From positions 1,088,001 to 1,152,000 of the forward strand of contig CAVPBK010000006.1 of assembly GCA_963701855.1 (NCBI GenBank): a stretch of 64,000 bases of DNA. Direction: 5' to 3'. Made by a program: the position numbers and the translations under genes. The DNA is from Nitrospirota bacterium. Its GTDB lineage: Bacteria > Nitrospirota > Nitrospiria > Nitrospirales > Nitrospiraceae. Positions within the stretch are counted from its first letter, which is position 1. Every line of letters begins with the position of its first letter. Of the stretch, positions 8,687-21,799 are shown piece by piece. The notes beneath the pieces are model-generated. The model had not been told where the DNA came from. It searched no databases and saw only the letters and a program-made list of their open reading frames with translations.

Positions 8687-9544
8687 TTACGCCATTCTTC
8701 GCAGCGCTTCGGCTAATGTGACGTTCCCGCGCACAAGCGTTGTGGGATGCTCGTACCCAATCGCCCCTGTGGAAAATGATGTGTACATTTCTTCAAATAG
8801 TTTCGCCGCTTCATCGGAAAACCCAAACGATTTAAATGTGGGCACTACTGCGCTCACCGGCGCATGTTGAGCCGAGACCTCTCGCCCAAGGATCTGGCTC
8901 AGGACCGCTGCGACTTGCTGGGGACTGTATTCTTCCGGCCCGGCGAGTTCCACTATTTGTTTGCCCTTTCCACCAGCCATCAATTGCTCCGCTCCGACCC
9001 GACCGACGTCCTTCGTTGAAATCATCGGAATCTTGGCCGCCGGCGCAATGAACGTCGGCAAGACACCTTGTCCCTTAGCTGCGCCGAGAACCGGAGCCCA
9101 GTTGTCCATGAAATAGCATGGGCGGAGGATGGTCAGATGGGGAACCGCCTTACCGAGAACCTGTTCCCCGTAGCGCGCCGCTCTGATCGGACCAGTTCCT
9201 TCGGCAATATGGCCGCCCACAGACGACAGAAATACCACATGGCCGATGCCGCTTCTCTTCACTGCGTCTGCCGCACAATCCATTCTTTCTCGCTGGTCAG
9301 CCAGCCATGCTGCTGCTCCATAGTTCGGCGGCACCAAGAGATAGACACCTTTCGCGCCTTCGAAAGCTTTTGTGAGTGCGGATACATCGTCTAGCGAAGC
9401 GACGGCAATCTCCGCACCCTTCGCTTTCCATGTCGCACCTTTATCCGCCGAGCGCACAACGATCCGCACCGGCTGTTTCCGACTGAGCAAGGTCTCTACG
9501 ACAGCCGATCCCGTATTCCCTGTGGCACCGACAACAACAAACAT
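8687..9544 (-). CDS. NmrA family NAD(P)-binding protein
   Basis: VVGATGNTG Rossmann motif; LRPCYFMDN. Confidence 0.9.
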   Translation of the reverse strand: MFVVVGATGNTGSAVVETLLSRKQPVRIVVRSADKGATWKAKGAEIAVASLDDVSALTKAFEGAKGVYLLVPPNYGAAAWLADQRERMDCAADAVKRSGIGHVVFLSSVGGHIAEGTGPIRAARYGEQVLGKAVPHLTILRPCYFMDNWAPVLGAAKGQGVLPTFIAPAAKIPMISTKDVGRVGAEQLMAGGKGKQIVELAGPEEYSPQQVAAVLSQILGREVSAQHAPVSAVVPTFKSFGFSDEAAKLFEEMYTSFSTGAIGYEHPTTLVRGNVTLAEALRRMA

Positions 9545-9652
9545 GCTGGAACCTCCTTTATGCGCTGACTGTCAGATCTCCTCGGTAATCATTCGATCAG
9601 CCAACCATGCATTGTGAGAATCTTCAACCACACGTTCCTCACGCTGACCCCA

Positions 9653-9682
9653 ATATAATAGTTCTAGCTAGAACTAAGTCAA
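9653..9682 (-). promoter_or_regulatory. sigma70 promoter with a perfect 18-bp palindromic operator
   Basis: Minus strand TTGACT...TATTAT; TAGTTCTAGCTAGAACTA (9659-9676) is its own reverse complement and fills the spacer. Confidence 0.75.
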
Positions 9683-9853
9683 GTGGGAAATTTCTCGATG
9701 AGAGGCAAGAGGGACATTTCTTAATAACAATCAGTTGGTTATAGTGTGAGGAAAACAGAGCTGGGGGTTGCTCCACTGGACCGAAGCTCTTATGATGCGC
9801 CGACATCGTTCGTATAGACGAATCATCAAGCGCGACTCCGTCCCTAAAAAAAC

Positions 9854-10462
9854 ATGCCTCTTGTGCAGAACGAAGTGAATACCAAGTGCTTTAATCGGAG
9901 TGCGAAATTGCCTTTTGGCCTCCGCTTGAAGGATTTTGAAATGGCCATGCAGGACGTCTACGACTTTTTCTACGACGTGAATCTCGGCCTTATCGAACGA
10001 GGGCTTCAACGGCTTGACGACATGCTACGGCCCGCGATCATGTCCGGAGTTTTGTCGGATATGCTCACGGCAAGTCTGGCAAAACATTCCAGGAGCCTGA
10101 CCGTCAACCTGTACCACAACGGTCACCCAGATCTCGTTGTGAACGGGATATACCCGGACAACAAGGTTAAGGCTGGGTCGGAAGGTGTAGAAATCAAGGC
10201 CACCCGGAAGGCTGGTGGTGCCGTAGATACTCACGGCGCACGCGATCAATGGATGTGCGTGTTTGTCTATGACGTGGATAGCTCTACGGAGCCTGCTAAG
10301 GACAGAGCGCCCATGACAGTTACGGAGATCTATCTTGGACAGGTCACGAAGGACGATTTTCGAAAGAATCAACGGGGGGAGCTAGGTACCCGGACAGCCA
10401 CGTTGCATAAAAGCGGCATAGAGAAGCTGAGGAAGAGCTGGGTTTATAAGCTCAATGGATGA
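9854..10462 (+). CDS. Putative type II restriction endonuclease (PD-(D/E)xK)
   Basis: GHPDL...GVEIK motif; convergent with a DNA methyltransferase. Confidence 0.65.
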   Translation: MPLVQNEVNTKCFNRSAKLPFGLRLKDFEMAMQDVYDFFYDVNLGLIERGLQRLDDMLRPAIMSGVLSDMLTASLAKHSRSLTVNLYHNGHPDLVVNGIYPDNKVKAGSEGVEIKATRKAGGAVDTHGARDQWMCVFVYDVDSSTEPAKDRAPMTVTEIYLGQVTKDDFRKNQRGELGTRTATLHKSGIEKLRKSWVYKLNG

Positions 10463-11679
10463 TTACTGCCGTTCTTGAATACGGCTAACCTGGGCAGGGC
10501 CTTTTTCGCTATTTCAAAGTAATGCGGGTCTTTTTCAATCCCGATACTCTCATATCCCACCGATTCAGCCGCAGCAAGCGTCGATCCTGCTCCACAGAAT
10601 GGGTCGAGCACCACCCCCTGTCCAAGCGGAAGAACCCCACGAACTAATGTGCGCATGAACTGTTGGGGCTTCAAGCTTGGATGTGGTGCCAGAGCCCTTT
10701 CGGACTTATGGGTTGGTGCCGATGGAATCACATCCCCGAATGGTTTGTCCAAAGAAGGCCTTCGAAACCCACCCGTGCCCCACTTGCGAAGATTGTCTTG
10801 CGCTCTTCCTTCAAGTGGCTTCCGAAAAAGCAACCAAGGCTCCCACATGGATCGAGGCATCACGCTGACATCCGAAAATTCCTCGTGGGCTGCTTTTGGT
10901 CTATCTCCACCTCGCATGGTCATAACGAGGCGAACGATTTCCCCGCGCCGTTCAAGACCCGCTTTGGCAAGGGCACCAGAAACCACGTATGAAAGGAGCG
11001 GGTTCGAAGCTACAACAACGTTCGCCCCCGGTACCAAAACTCGTATGAGTAACTGGGCCCATTCCAGGAAGAACAACTCAAGAGCGCGAAGGTCTTGCGG
11101 CGAGAGTACCGTGAACCTGGGAAGTGGGGCACGTTGAACTCCGTCAAAAGAAGGTGGAATGCGCCATACGCCGCCCTTGCCACTTCGCAACTTCTCCTGT
11201 TGCTCTGCGGAGTATTCAAACAGTCCGTACGGAGGGTCCGTGACAATAGCATGAACGCTATTGTGCCGTTGCTCACGCAACCAATTCATGCAATCAGCTT
11301 CAAGAAGAGTCGCTCTGCCGAAAGAGGAATTTCTCCAGTACTGGAGTCGAGACTCGGCAGCCTTATTGGCTCGCACTCTCGTGGTCGTTTTTAATCCATA
11401 TTGACCACGGGCGGTGCGTAGAAATGTCGATGGTGTATTCAGCCGTAGATAGGATCGTACGCTGGATCGCGCCGAGTGGCCGATGAGATCGGCCACATGT
11501 TGTTCGATCGTGTGAAGAGGAGCGCCTGCAGGCCTGGCCATAAGAACGGAAAGGATTGCGTCTCTCACTTCACCGGGACGGCGTTTAGTCTGAGTCGATG
11601 GTTTATACACGAGGGGAGAGTATGACGTCTGGACGTCTTTGTCAATGTTCCCATACCCTTCTTCCAGGTACGCAACCAT
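10444..11679 (-). CDS. N6-adenine/N4-cytosine DNA methyltransferase with an N-terminal winged-helix-like extension
   Basis: TDPPY (motif IV) precedes LDPFCGAGST (motif I), i.e. beta-class order; HPSLKP. Confidence 0.9.
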   Translation of the reverse strand: MVAYLEEGYGNIDKDVQTSYSPLVYKPSTQTKRRPGEVRDAILSVLMARPAGAPLHTIEQHVADLIGHSARSSVRSYLRLNTPSTFLRTARGQYGLKTTTRVRANKAAESRLQYWRNSSFGRATLLEADCMNWLREQRHNSVHAIVTDPPYGLFEYSAEQQEKLRSGKGGVWRIPPSFDGVQRAPLPRFTVLSPQDLRALELFFLEWAQLLIRVLVPGANVVVASNPLLSYVVSGALAKAGLERRGEIVRLVMTMRGGDRPKAAHEEFSDVSVMPRSMWEPWLLFRKPLEGRAQDNLRKWGTGGFRRPSLDKPFGDVIPSAPTHKSERALAPHPSLKPQQFMRTLVRGVLPLGQGVVLDPFCGAGSTLAAAESVGYESIGIEKDPHYFEIAKKALPRLAVFKNGSNHPLSL

Positions 11680-11689
11680 ACTATCCTTT

Positions 11690-11828
11690 ACTGCGCGCTT
11701 CGAGCGAGCACATTCCGATCGTGGGCACGACAGATCTCACTCCACATTTCTTGCGGCGAGGCAGCCTGGGATTGCCCAACTGCGCCCGTCGAGTGAGGCC
11801 CTTCCGAGGGCGCGCGCTCCGGGAGCAC
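11690..11828 (-). repeat. Family B copy 2 (inverted relative to 1540-1717)
   Basis: Alignment to copy 1, see above. Confidence 0.7.
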
Positions 11829-11854
11829 GAGGCAATCCTAGACTGTTTCGCTGC

Positions 11855-12328
11855 TCACTTTCTCTCTTTCATCGCCCGCTCAACTTCACGGCTGGCTTCG
11901 CGCGTCTTGATGGTCTCCCGACGGTCATGTTGCTTCTTGCCTTTGGCTAACCCAAGTTCAACCTTCGCAAGGCCTCGCTTGGAGAAATAGATGCGGAGCG
12001 GGATGAGTGTGAGCCCTTGCTGCTGCGTCTTGCCGAGAAGCTTATTGATCTCCTTGCGGTGAAGGAGCAGCTTCCTGGTGCGGAGAGGTTCGTGATTCAT
12101 GATGTTGCCGTGGCTGTAGGGACTGATGTGGCAATGGTGAAGAAATATCTCACCGTCCCTCACGCTGGCGTAACTATCTTGTAGATTCACGCGCCCGTCT
12201 CGCAGGGACTTGACCTCCGTACCCTGGAGCATGATGCCCGCCTCGAACTTCTCTTCAATAAAGTAGTCGTGGTAGGCCTTGCGATTTGTGACAACAGCCT
12301 TTTCGAAACTGTCTTTCTCTTTACCCAT
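11855..12328 (-). CDS. smpB: SsrA-binding protein
   Basis: [39 protein letters not shown]. Confidence 0.98.
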   Translation of the reverse strand: MGKEKDSFEKAVVTNRKAYHDYFIEEKFEAGIMLQGTEVKSLRDGRVNLQDSYASVRDGEIFLHHCHISPYSHGNIMNHEPLRTRKLLLHRKEINKLLGKTQQQGLTLIPLRIYFSKRGLAKVELGLAKGKKQHDRRETIKTREASREVERAMKERK

Positions 12329-12468
12329 CAGGCATCAGACTTTCATGTCCATATTGATGGACAAAGCGTACTGTTCGATGTTCAATTGAGCATGAAGGTG
12401 ATTGTCGTTCCACGATCTCTGAGGGAGTACGCCGTGATTGCCACGTCCGTTTTTGCTATGATGCCGCC

Positions 12469-12969
12469 ATGCGTGGAGTCGGTTCAATCGATTCTCTTTC
12501 CAGCATCCTTGAAGGGGTGGCTCGTCGCCTTGGGCTCGAGTCCAAGTTGCTCGAAAACCGCTTGCGGCGGGACTGGGTCTCCATCGTCGGAGAGCCGATG
12601 GCATCGAATACCTGGCCTGACCAGATTCGCTACAAGAAACTCTATCTCCTGGTCCACAACAGTGTCTGGCTGCACCAACTCACATTCCTCAAGCCGACAC
12701 TGATTCAGAAACTCAACGAAGCAGCAGGCGGGGAGCTCATTACCGAGATTGTGTTGCGTGTAGGCGAGATCCCTTTACGGACAGCTGCTTCTCCTACGAC
12801 ACCTCCCCTCGACGGCGACATCATTCTCTCCGAGGTCTCACTGGCTGAGGTATCATCCCATGTCTCAGCGATACAAAACCCTGATCTCCGCCTGCTGTTT
12901 ACATCGGTGATATCGAGAAATCTTCGAACTCCAACTCCGCCGGGACGGGGTCCGTCACGCGTCCCTTGA
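12469..12969 (+). CDS. dciA: DUF721/DciA family protein
   Basis: W..IVG...A..T.P...LYLLVHNSVW.HQL.F pattern. Confidence 0.75.
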   Translation: MRGVGSIDSLSSILEGVARRLGLESKLLENRLRRDWVSIVGEPMASNTWPDQIRYKKLYLLVHNSVWLHQLTFLKPTLIQKLNEAAGGELITEIVLRVGEIPLRTAASPTTPPLDGDIILSEVSLAEVSSHVSAIQNPDLRLLFTSVISRNLRTPTPPGRGPSRVP

Positions 12970-13525
12970 AGAGAATGCTCGTGGCATCGGAGGCCTCATC
13001 GGTCTTGGGCATGGGACCGAGGCCTCCCTCTTCTTCCTGGTCCTGCAGCCGATAGTATCCCCGCATCGCCTTCTCGTATTTCCTGACCACCTCGGCATCT
13101 CCAGCCAGATACTTATTGAGCATCTCTGGCTCAGCCCATCCGTAATCATCGAACACATACACCACGATCTTTCTGTACCAACCGCCCGGATCGCCCGGCG
13201 TCGTCGGCTGAATCTTCATCTTGGCAAAATGGTGCGTCAGACGACCGACCTTGCGAAAACGCTTCACCAGGGTTTCAACTCCTTGGTCGGTCGTGTCATG
13301 AGGCACGTGCGCTGCCACGATGTGGCCGACTTGGGAACCGACACTATACGGAGGGATTGTTCGATCGGGACGGCTGAGATACATTCCCCCCCAGATCAGC
13401 GTGAAGGACATGACGAGCACGCCGAGGGCCAACTTGACAACCATATCCAGCCGCTTCTTCGGCTTGGATACGGGAAGGGGAGTTGAAGAAGAATCCTGCT
13501 CTAGCATGGAAAACCTAGCCCGCAT
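12899..13525 (-). CDS. Membrane-anchored hypothetical protein
   Basis: Single N-terminal TM segment (VVKLALGVLVMSFTLIWGGMYL). Confidence 0.7.
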   Translation of the reverse strand: MRARFSMLEQDSSSTPLPVSKPKKRLDMVVKLALGVLVMSFTLIWGGMYLSRPDRTIPPYSVGSQVGHIVAAHVPHDTTDQGVETLVKRFRKVGRLTHHFAKMKIQPTTPGDPGGWYRKIVVYVFDDYGWAEPEMLNKYLAGDAEVVRKYEKAMRGYYRLQDQEEEGGLGPMPKTDEASDATSILFKGRVTDPVPAELEFEDFSISPM

Positions 13526-13710
13526 TAATCGTGACGGTTCGTCGCGAAATCGTGGAGTCGTGTCGCGAGACCGGCGCGCGGAGCCGCGAGATCCCGATGC
13601 GTACTCGTGCAGTACGGTGAGGGTCCGAAAGGCGAGCCGGCCGGCCGTAGGCCCGTCGCAGCAGCGGATAGGCGATTGCAGCAGAAGCGTTCATGAATAA
13701 TGAGGGCCAG
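13515..13710. repeat. Long palindromic element related to family A (shared GTAC core, different arms)
   Basis: Ends CTAGCCCGCATTAATCGTGA...TCATGAATAATGAGGGCCAG; core GATGCGTAC-TCGTGCA-GTACGGTGAGG. Confidence 0.7.
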
Positions 13711-13747
13711 GCCCAACGAACAAGGCGTACGATCTCGTGCGTACCCG

Positions 13748-16210
13748 TTATCCGCCGCCTTCCTCAGGGAGCGCCTCGGCGCTTTCCGCCAAACGCGCGA
13801 CGGCCACGACCCGGTCGCCCGCTCCCTCGAGATCGAGGATCCGAACCCCCTGGGTATTCCGGCCGATCTCACGGAACTCATCCACCTTGCATCGAAGCAC
13901 CTTGCCTTGAGCCGCCATCAGCATGATCTCATCGCCATCTCGGACCTGAAGAAATCCTATGGCAAGTCCGTTGCGCTCATTGGTTTTTACACTGATGATA
14001 CCCTTCCCCCCGCGTCCCTGGACGCGATACTCGCTCACCGGCGTGCGTTTTCCGTAGCCGCCCTCCGTGACCGTAAGGATTTGAGTGGTGGAGTCAGGGG
14101 TAATGGTTTCCATGCCGATGACTTCGTTGCCTTCCTCCAGCGTAATGCCGCGCACGCCGTGCGCCGTGCGGCCCATTGGACGGACGCCGTCTTCCTTGAA
14201 GAGAATCGTGATCCCCTTTTTCGTGCCCAACAGAATTTCCCGCTGGCCATCGGTGAGCTGCACACCGATAAGACGATCCCCTTTATCCAATGACAACGCA
14301 ATGATGCCGCCCAGGCGTGGATTGCCGTAGGCCGAGAGTTCGGTCTTCTTGATAATGCCCTGCGCGGTCGCCATCACGATGAATCGATCTTCGCGGAACT
14401 CTTTGACCGGCACAGTCGCAGTAACCTTCTCATCGCCGGACAAGGCCAGCAAATTCACGAGCGCTTTGCCCTTGGCAGCCCGGCCCGCGTCTGGAATCTC
14501 ATGAACCTTCAGCCAATAGACCTTCCCGGCATCTGTGAAAAACAGGAGCGACTCGTGCGTGGACGCTGTGAATAGGGTCACGACAAAATCCTCTTCCTTG
14601 ACCCCCATCCCGATCTTCCCCTTGCCGCCTCGCCGCTGCGCCCGGTACAGGGTGACGGGATTGCGCTTGATGTAGCCGGCGTGCGAGATCGTAACGACTA
14701 CTTCTTCGTTCGCGATCATGTCTTCCAGGGTGATCTCCGCTTCTTCTTTCACGATCTGTGTGCGGCGGTCGTCTTTGTAGGCCTCGCGCACCTCGATCAG
14801 CTCGTCCTTGACGATCGCACGAATCAGCGCCTCGCTGCCCAGGATCGACTTGAGACGCTCGATCTGCTTCAAGACCTCTGTATATTCCTCGATGAGTTTG
14901 TTGCGCTCCAATTGCGTGAGCCGCTGGAGCCGCATCTCCAAAATCGCATTCGCCTGAATTTCGCTCAGCGCAAACCTTCGCATCAGGCCGACACGGGCTT
15001 CATCGGGCGATTGTGCCTGCCGGATCAAGGTAATCACCGCATCCAGATTATCGAGCGCGATCTTGAGACCCTCGAGGATATGAGCCCGCTCTTCCGCCTT
15101 ACGCAACTCGAAGGCGGTTCGACGGACGATGACCTCGCGCCGGTGCTCGATGAAATGGTGCAGGATCTGTTTGAGACTCAACACTTCAGGCCGGTTGTTC
15201 ACCAGCGCGAGCATGATGACCCCGAAGGTCGTCTGGAGTTGCGTCAGCTTATACAGGTTGTTCAGCGTGATGAGCGGGATTTCCCCGCGCTTGAGTTCGA
15301 TGACGACGCGGATGCCTTCACGATCGGACTCGTCGCGCAAATCGGAAATCCCTTTGATCCGTTCGTCCCGGATCAACTCGGCGATCTTTTCGATCAGCTT
15401 GGACTTATTGACCTGATAGGGCAGCTCCGTGACGATCAGCCGTTCACGATCCGTGCGTTCATCCGACTCGACCTTCACTTTCGCGCGCAACGTGAGAAGA
15501 CCCCGTCCGCTCTCGTAGGCGTCCTTGATCCCGGCCGTTCCATAGATGAATCCGGCCGTCGGAAAATCCGGGCCTGGAATCTTCTTCATCAGCTGGGCAA
15601 TCGTGATGTCCGGATTCTCCAAAAATAGGAGGAGCGCCTCGATTACTTCGCCGAGATTGTGGGTTGGAATGTTGGTGGCATAACCCACCGCAATGCCGCC
15701 GGCGCCGTTGACGAGGAGATTCGGGATTTTAGAAGGAAGCACCAGTGGTTCGACTAGCGACTCGTCGTAGTTCGGCCCGAAGTCGACCGTCTCCTTATCG
15801 ATATCGGCGAGCATGTCCTCGGCAACCTTGGTCAGACGGGCTTCGGTATAGCGCATGGCCGCCGGCGGATCGCCGTCGACCGATCCATAATTGCCCTGAC
15901 CGTCCACAAGCATATACCGCATGTTGAAGGGCTGCGCCATACGAACAAGCGTGTCGTAGATCGCACTGTCCCCATGGGGATGGTAATTCCCCATGATCTC
16001 GCCGACGATCTTAGCGGACTTGCGATAGGCCCGGTTCGACGCCAAACCCATTTCGTTCATGCCGTGGAGAATACGGCGATGGACCGGTTTGAGGCCGTCA
16101 CGCACGTCGGGGAGCGCCCGGCCCACGATGACGCTCATCGCATAGCTCAGGTACGACGAGCGCATCTCGTCTTCGATGGCGATTTGTCCTAGTCTCTCAT
16201 CAGGCGGCAT
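13748..16210 (-). CDS. gyrA: DNA gyrase subunit A
   Basis: [29 protein letters not shown], GyrA box QRRGGKG. Confidence 0.99.
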   Translation of the reverse strand: MPPDERLGQIAIEDEMRSSYLSYAMSVIVGRALPDVRDGLKPVHRRILHGMNEMGLASNRAYRKSAKIVGEIMGNYHPHGDSAIYDTLVRMAQPFNMRYMLVDGQGNYGSVDGDPPAAMRYTEARLTKVAEDMLADIDKETVDFGPNYDESLVEPLVLPSKIPNLLVNGAGGIAVGYATNIPTHNLGEVIEALLLFLENPDITIAQLMKKIPGPDFPTAGFIYGTAGIKDAYESGRGLLTLRAKVKVESDERTDRERLIVTELPYQVNKSKLIEKIAELIRDERIKGISDLRDESDREGIRVVIELKRGEIPLITLNNLYKLTQLQTTFGVIMLALVNNRPEVLSLKQILHHFIEHRREVIVRRTAFELRKAEERAHILEGLKIALDNLDAVITLIRQAQSPDEARVGLMRRFALSEIQANAILEMRLQRLTQLERNKLIEEYTEVLKQIERLKSILGSEALIRAIVKDELIEVREAYKDDRRTQIVKEEAEITLEDMIANEEVVVTISHAGYIKRNPVTLYRAQRRGGKGKIGMGVKEEDFVVTLFTASTHESLLFFTDAGKVYWLKVHEIPDAGRAAKGKALVNLLALSGDEKVTATVPVKEFREDRFIVMATAQGIIKKTELSAYGNPRLGGIIALSLDKGDRLIGVQLTDGQREILLGTKKGITILFKEDGVRPMGRTAHGVRGITLEEGNEVIGMETITPDSTTQILTVTEGGYGKRTPVSEYRVQGRGGKGIISVKTNERNGLAIGFLQVRDGDEIMLMAAQGKVLRCKVDEFREIGRNTQGVRILDLEGAGDRVVAVARLAESAEALPEEGGG

Positions 16211-16223
16211 CTAATTTCTCCAC

Positions 16224-16343
16224 GGATGCTGAAAATGGTCCCCAGCTTCGTTCTCGACTCGTGAAAACCTTCAACGTACCCCAGGGGTACGCCTCAGGTT
16301 TTCGCTTGCCTGCGGCCTTGCTGGATGACCATTTTGAGCATCC
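16224..16343. repeat. Family A copy 2 (between gyrB and gyrA)
   Basis: GGATGCTGAAAA...TTTTGAGCATCC; core TCAACGTACCCCAGGGGTACGCCTC. Confidence 0.9.
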
Positions 16344-16413
16344 TCCAAAGCAGTCGGCACACATAATGTAGAGGACGGTTCTACTTCTACTGTTGATCGC
16401 CCAGCGTTCAGCA

Positions 16414-18900
<2,487 letters not shown>

Positions 18901-18966
18901 TTACGGCCATCAGCTCTCTGCTTTCAGCCTTCAGCGACCCACATGACCGCTGATTGCTGGGCCCGG

Positions 18967-20094
18967 CTAGATTTTAATTGGCATGACCACGCACTTGAAC
19001 CCGGGACTGTCTGACTCCTGGATCAAACAAGGGCTCAGCGGATTATCCATTTGCAGAGAGATCGTTTCTCCGTCCATCACCCCGAGGACATCCAACAAGT
19101 AACGGGCGTTGAACCCTGTGCTCAAAGCCTCTCCCTCGTACCTTGCCGCTAGTTCTTCGGTCGCCTCTCCAAAATCAGGATTGCTGGAGAACAGCGTCAT
19201 CTGTCCGGGGACAAACGACACCTTCACCGCACTCGCCTTATCACGGGACAGCACGGAGACACGCCGAAGCGCACTTTCGAGTTCGCTCCGATTGACCCCG
19301 ATTTTCCCGCCACTCTCTTTCGGAATCACTTGCTGATAATTCGGGTAGTTCCCTTCCATGAGCCGCGAGGTCAGCAGCAATCCGCTTTTCCGGAAAATCA
19401 TGAGATTTTTGGTAAACCCAATCAAGGGCTCACCCTCGCCGCCTTCTTCCAGAAGACGCTGCATCTCATGCGCGGCCTTTTTCGGAATGATGGCTTTAAT
19501 CTCTTGCGGAGCGCCTTTGGTCCCGGCCTTTCCAACCTCTTGCTCGGCAACTGCTAACCGATGTCCATCGGTGCCGACTAATCGCAATATCGTTTTCTTC
19601 TCCGACGCGATGAGGGTAACCAGCAGACCGTTGAGGATGTAGCGCGCGTCATTGTCTCCGGCAGCAAATAGGGTCTTCCTAATCAGCTCTAAGAAACCGG
19701 CCCCGGCAAGGGGGATAAGCCCTTCTCGTTCAATCGTGGGCAGCGCGGGATAGTCGGTGCTTGGGAGGCCGACAATCTTAAACTGACTCTTGCCGGCATG
19801 GATCGTCGTCCAATTGTTGTCACCGGATATGATTTCGATTTCACCGACCGCCAGTTCCTTGATGATCTCATACAGCTTCCGAGCCGAGATCGTGACCCCT
19901 CCGGGCTTCTCCACGGTCGCTTTGTAGTGCCCGCGCATGCCGATTTCGAGGTCGGTGGCGACGATTTCCACTCCCTCCTGCTTCGCCTCAATCAAAATGT
20001 TCGAGAGGATCGGCATTGTGTTGCGCTTCTCGACGACTCCTTGGACCCGCTGAAGGCCCGTCAAGAGTTCAACTCGTCCCATGCGCAGTTTCAT
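18967..20094 (-). CDS. dnaN: DNA polymerase III beta clamp
   Basis: ATDLE, GTDGHRLA, GFNARYL, C-terminal VVMPIKI; position after dnaA. Confidence 0.98.
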   Translation of the reverse strand: MKLRMGRVELLTGLQRVQGVVEKRNTMPILSNILIEAKQEGVEIVATDLEIGMRGHYKATVEKPGGVTISARKLYEIIKELAVGEIEIISGDNNWTTIHAGKSQFKIVGLPSTDYPALPTIEREGLIPLAGAGFLELIRKTLFAAGDNDARYILNGLLVTLIASEKKTILRLVGTDGHRLAVAEQEVGKAGTKGAPQEIKAIIPKKAAHEMQRLLEEGGEGEPLIGFTKNLMIFRKSGLLLTSRLMEGNYPNYQQVIPKESGGKIGVNRSELESALRRVSVLSRDKASAVKVSFVPGQMTLFSSNPDFGEATEELAARYEGEALSTGFNARYLLDVLGVMDGETISLQMDNPLSPCLIQESDSPGFKCVVMPIKI

Positions 20095-20119
20095 GATCTT
20101 TTCCCCCTGGCCTAGCCCC

Positions 20120-21466
20120 TCACGCTCGTAGGATCTGCTCCTTCAAGCTGTCTAATGTGGCACTCAACGCACTGTCGTTATCTTTCGCTTTGATGACCTG
20201 CTTGCAGGCATGGATAATCGTCGTGTGGTCTTTGCCTCCGAACTGCCGCCCGATCTCGGGATACGAGGAATCTGTAAGTTCCCGACAGAGATACATGGCG
20301 ATCTGTCGCGGATGCACCAGCGTTTTACTCCGGCGACGGGATTTCAAGTCGGAGATTTTTACGTGGAAGCGCGCACCCACCGTTTCTTGGATATCGTCCA
20401 TCGACACGATTTTTTTCTTGGTTCCGATCAGATCCCGGAGTACGCTCTTCGCCATCTCCAGCGTGATCGTTTGGCCGGTGAGCGAGGCATAGGCACCAAG
20501 GCGCACCAACGAACCCTTGAGTTCGCGGATATTGCTCTTCATCGTTGTGGCAAGAAATTGGATGACATCTTCCGGCAACGTGACGCCCTCGTCCTCGGAT
20601 TTTTTCCGTAAAATGGCAATCCGTGTTTCAACGTCCGGCGGCTGGAGATCCGCGATTAGTCCCCATTCAAACCGTGACCTCAACCGTTCTTCGATATCAG
20701 GCATGTCTTTCGGAAAGCGATCGCTTGAGAGGACAAGCTGCTTATGCGCTTCATAGAGGGCGTTGAACGTGTGGAAAAATTCTTCCTGTGTGCGCTCCTT
20801 GCCCGCCAAAAACTGAATGTCGTCAATCATCAGCATGTCGATATGACGATACCGCTTCCGCAGATCCATCATCTTGTCATATCGAATGGAGTTGATGACC
20901 TCGTTGGTAAACTGCTCGGTTGTCAAATAGGCAATCCGGAGATCGGTCCGCTCCGCCACGTAATTTCCAATGGCATTGAGAAGGTGTGTCTTCCCTAGTC
21001 CGGTATCTCCATAGATAAAGAGTGGGTTGTAGGCTTTCGCCGGCTGTTCCGCAACTGCCATACAGGCGGCATGGGCAAATTGGTTTCCTGCTCCTACTAC
21101 GAAATTTTTGAACGTATACTTTGGGTTGAGCTGTATTCCACGTTTTGACCGTATCCCGGTGTTTTGGCGACCAGCTAAAACAGCATTCCCACTAGTCTCT
21201 GGCTGCTTGGTTGGCTGTTTATGAAAGATGACAAATGTGATCGCCGTTTCCACCCCACCTCTAGCTGCAGAAACGGCTTCCGCCAGTAGGGGTCCGTAAT
21301 GTTGACTTAACCAATCACCAAAGAACTTATTCGGGACACTTAATTGAGCCGTGGATTCTTCAATCCGTTCGAGATGAATCGGTGTAAACCACGTGTCATA
21401 AACCTGTTTTGGCACTTTTCCTTGGATATAGGCCAAGGCATTCTGCCATTCATTTGAGATAGTCAT
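20120..21466 (-). CDS. dnaA: Chromosomal replication initiator
   Basis: YNPLFIYGDTGLGKTHL, DDIQFLAGKERTQEEFFHTFN, GGKDHTT. Confidence 0.99.
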   Translation of the reverse strand: MTISNEWQNALAYIQGKVPKQVYDTWFTPIHLERIEESTAQLSVPNKFFGDWLSQHYGPLLAEAVSAARGGVETAITFVIFHKQPTKQPETSGNAVLAGRQNTGIRSKRGIQLNPKYTFKNFVVGAGNQFAHAACMAVAEQPAKAYNPLFIYGDTGLGKTHLLNAIGNYVAERTDLRIAYLTTEQFTNEVINSIRYDKMMDLRKRYRHIDMLMIDDIQFLAGKERTQEEFFHTFNALYEAHKQLVLSSDRFPKDMPDIEERLRSRFEWGLIADLQPPDVETRIAILRKKSEDEGVTLPEDVIQFLATTMKSNIRELKGSLVRLGAYASLTGQTITLEMAKSVLRDLIGTKKKIVSMDDIQETVGARFHVKISDLKSRRRSKTLVHPRQIAMYLCRELTDSSYPEIGRQFGGKDHTTIIHACKQVIKAKDNDSALSATLDSLKEQILRA

Positions 21467-21799
21467 AATCCCTGTATTATTCTACATACACAGACTTATT
21501 CACACCTGTTGATAACCTGACTTTTCATTGGGTGCCCTTGTACGGTTTTAATCATTATCAGACACTAAAACCATCATAGTAATAACTGCGCCAGGACTCG
21601 ACACAGATTATAGACTCTGCATGCAGTGGTTACTCAGAGTCAATCCCCAACTCACTCCACAAATACACCGCTCAATATGCCCTCTAAATTCATTGTCTTA
21701 CTCTCATTCCACAATATCCACTATACCTACTCTTACTCCTCCTCCGACGACTCTTTCTCTCTTACACATATTAAATTCGGAGAAGAACCATCAATTTAT
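21467..21799. other. Probable oriC / dnaA promoter region
   Basis: AT-rich intergenic region upstream of dnaA; TTATTCACA (21496-21504) and TGTTGATAA (21507-21515) DnaA-box matches. Confidence 0.6.

Noticed and set aside
11680..11855. ssrA (tmRNA) next to smpB
   Set aside because: The space is too short and is occupied by a family B repeat
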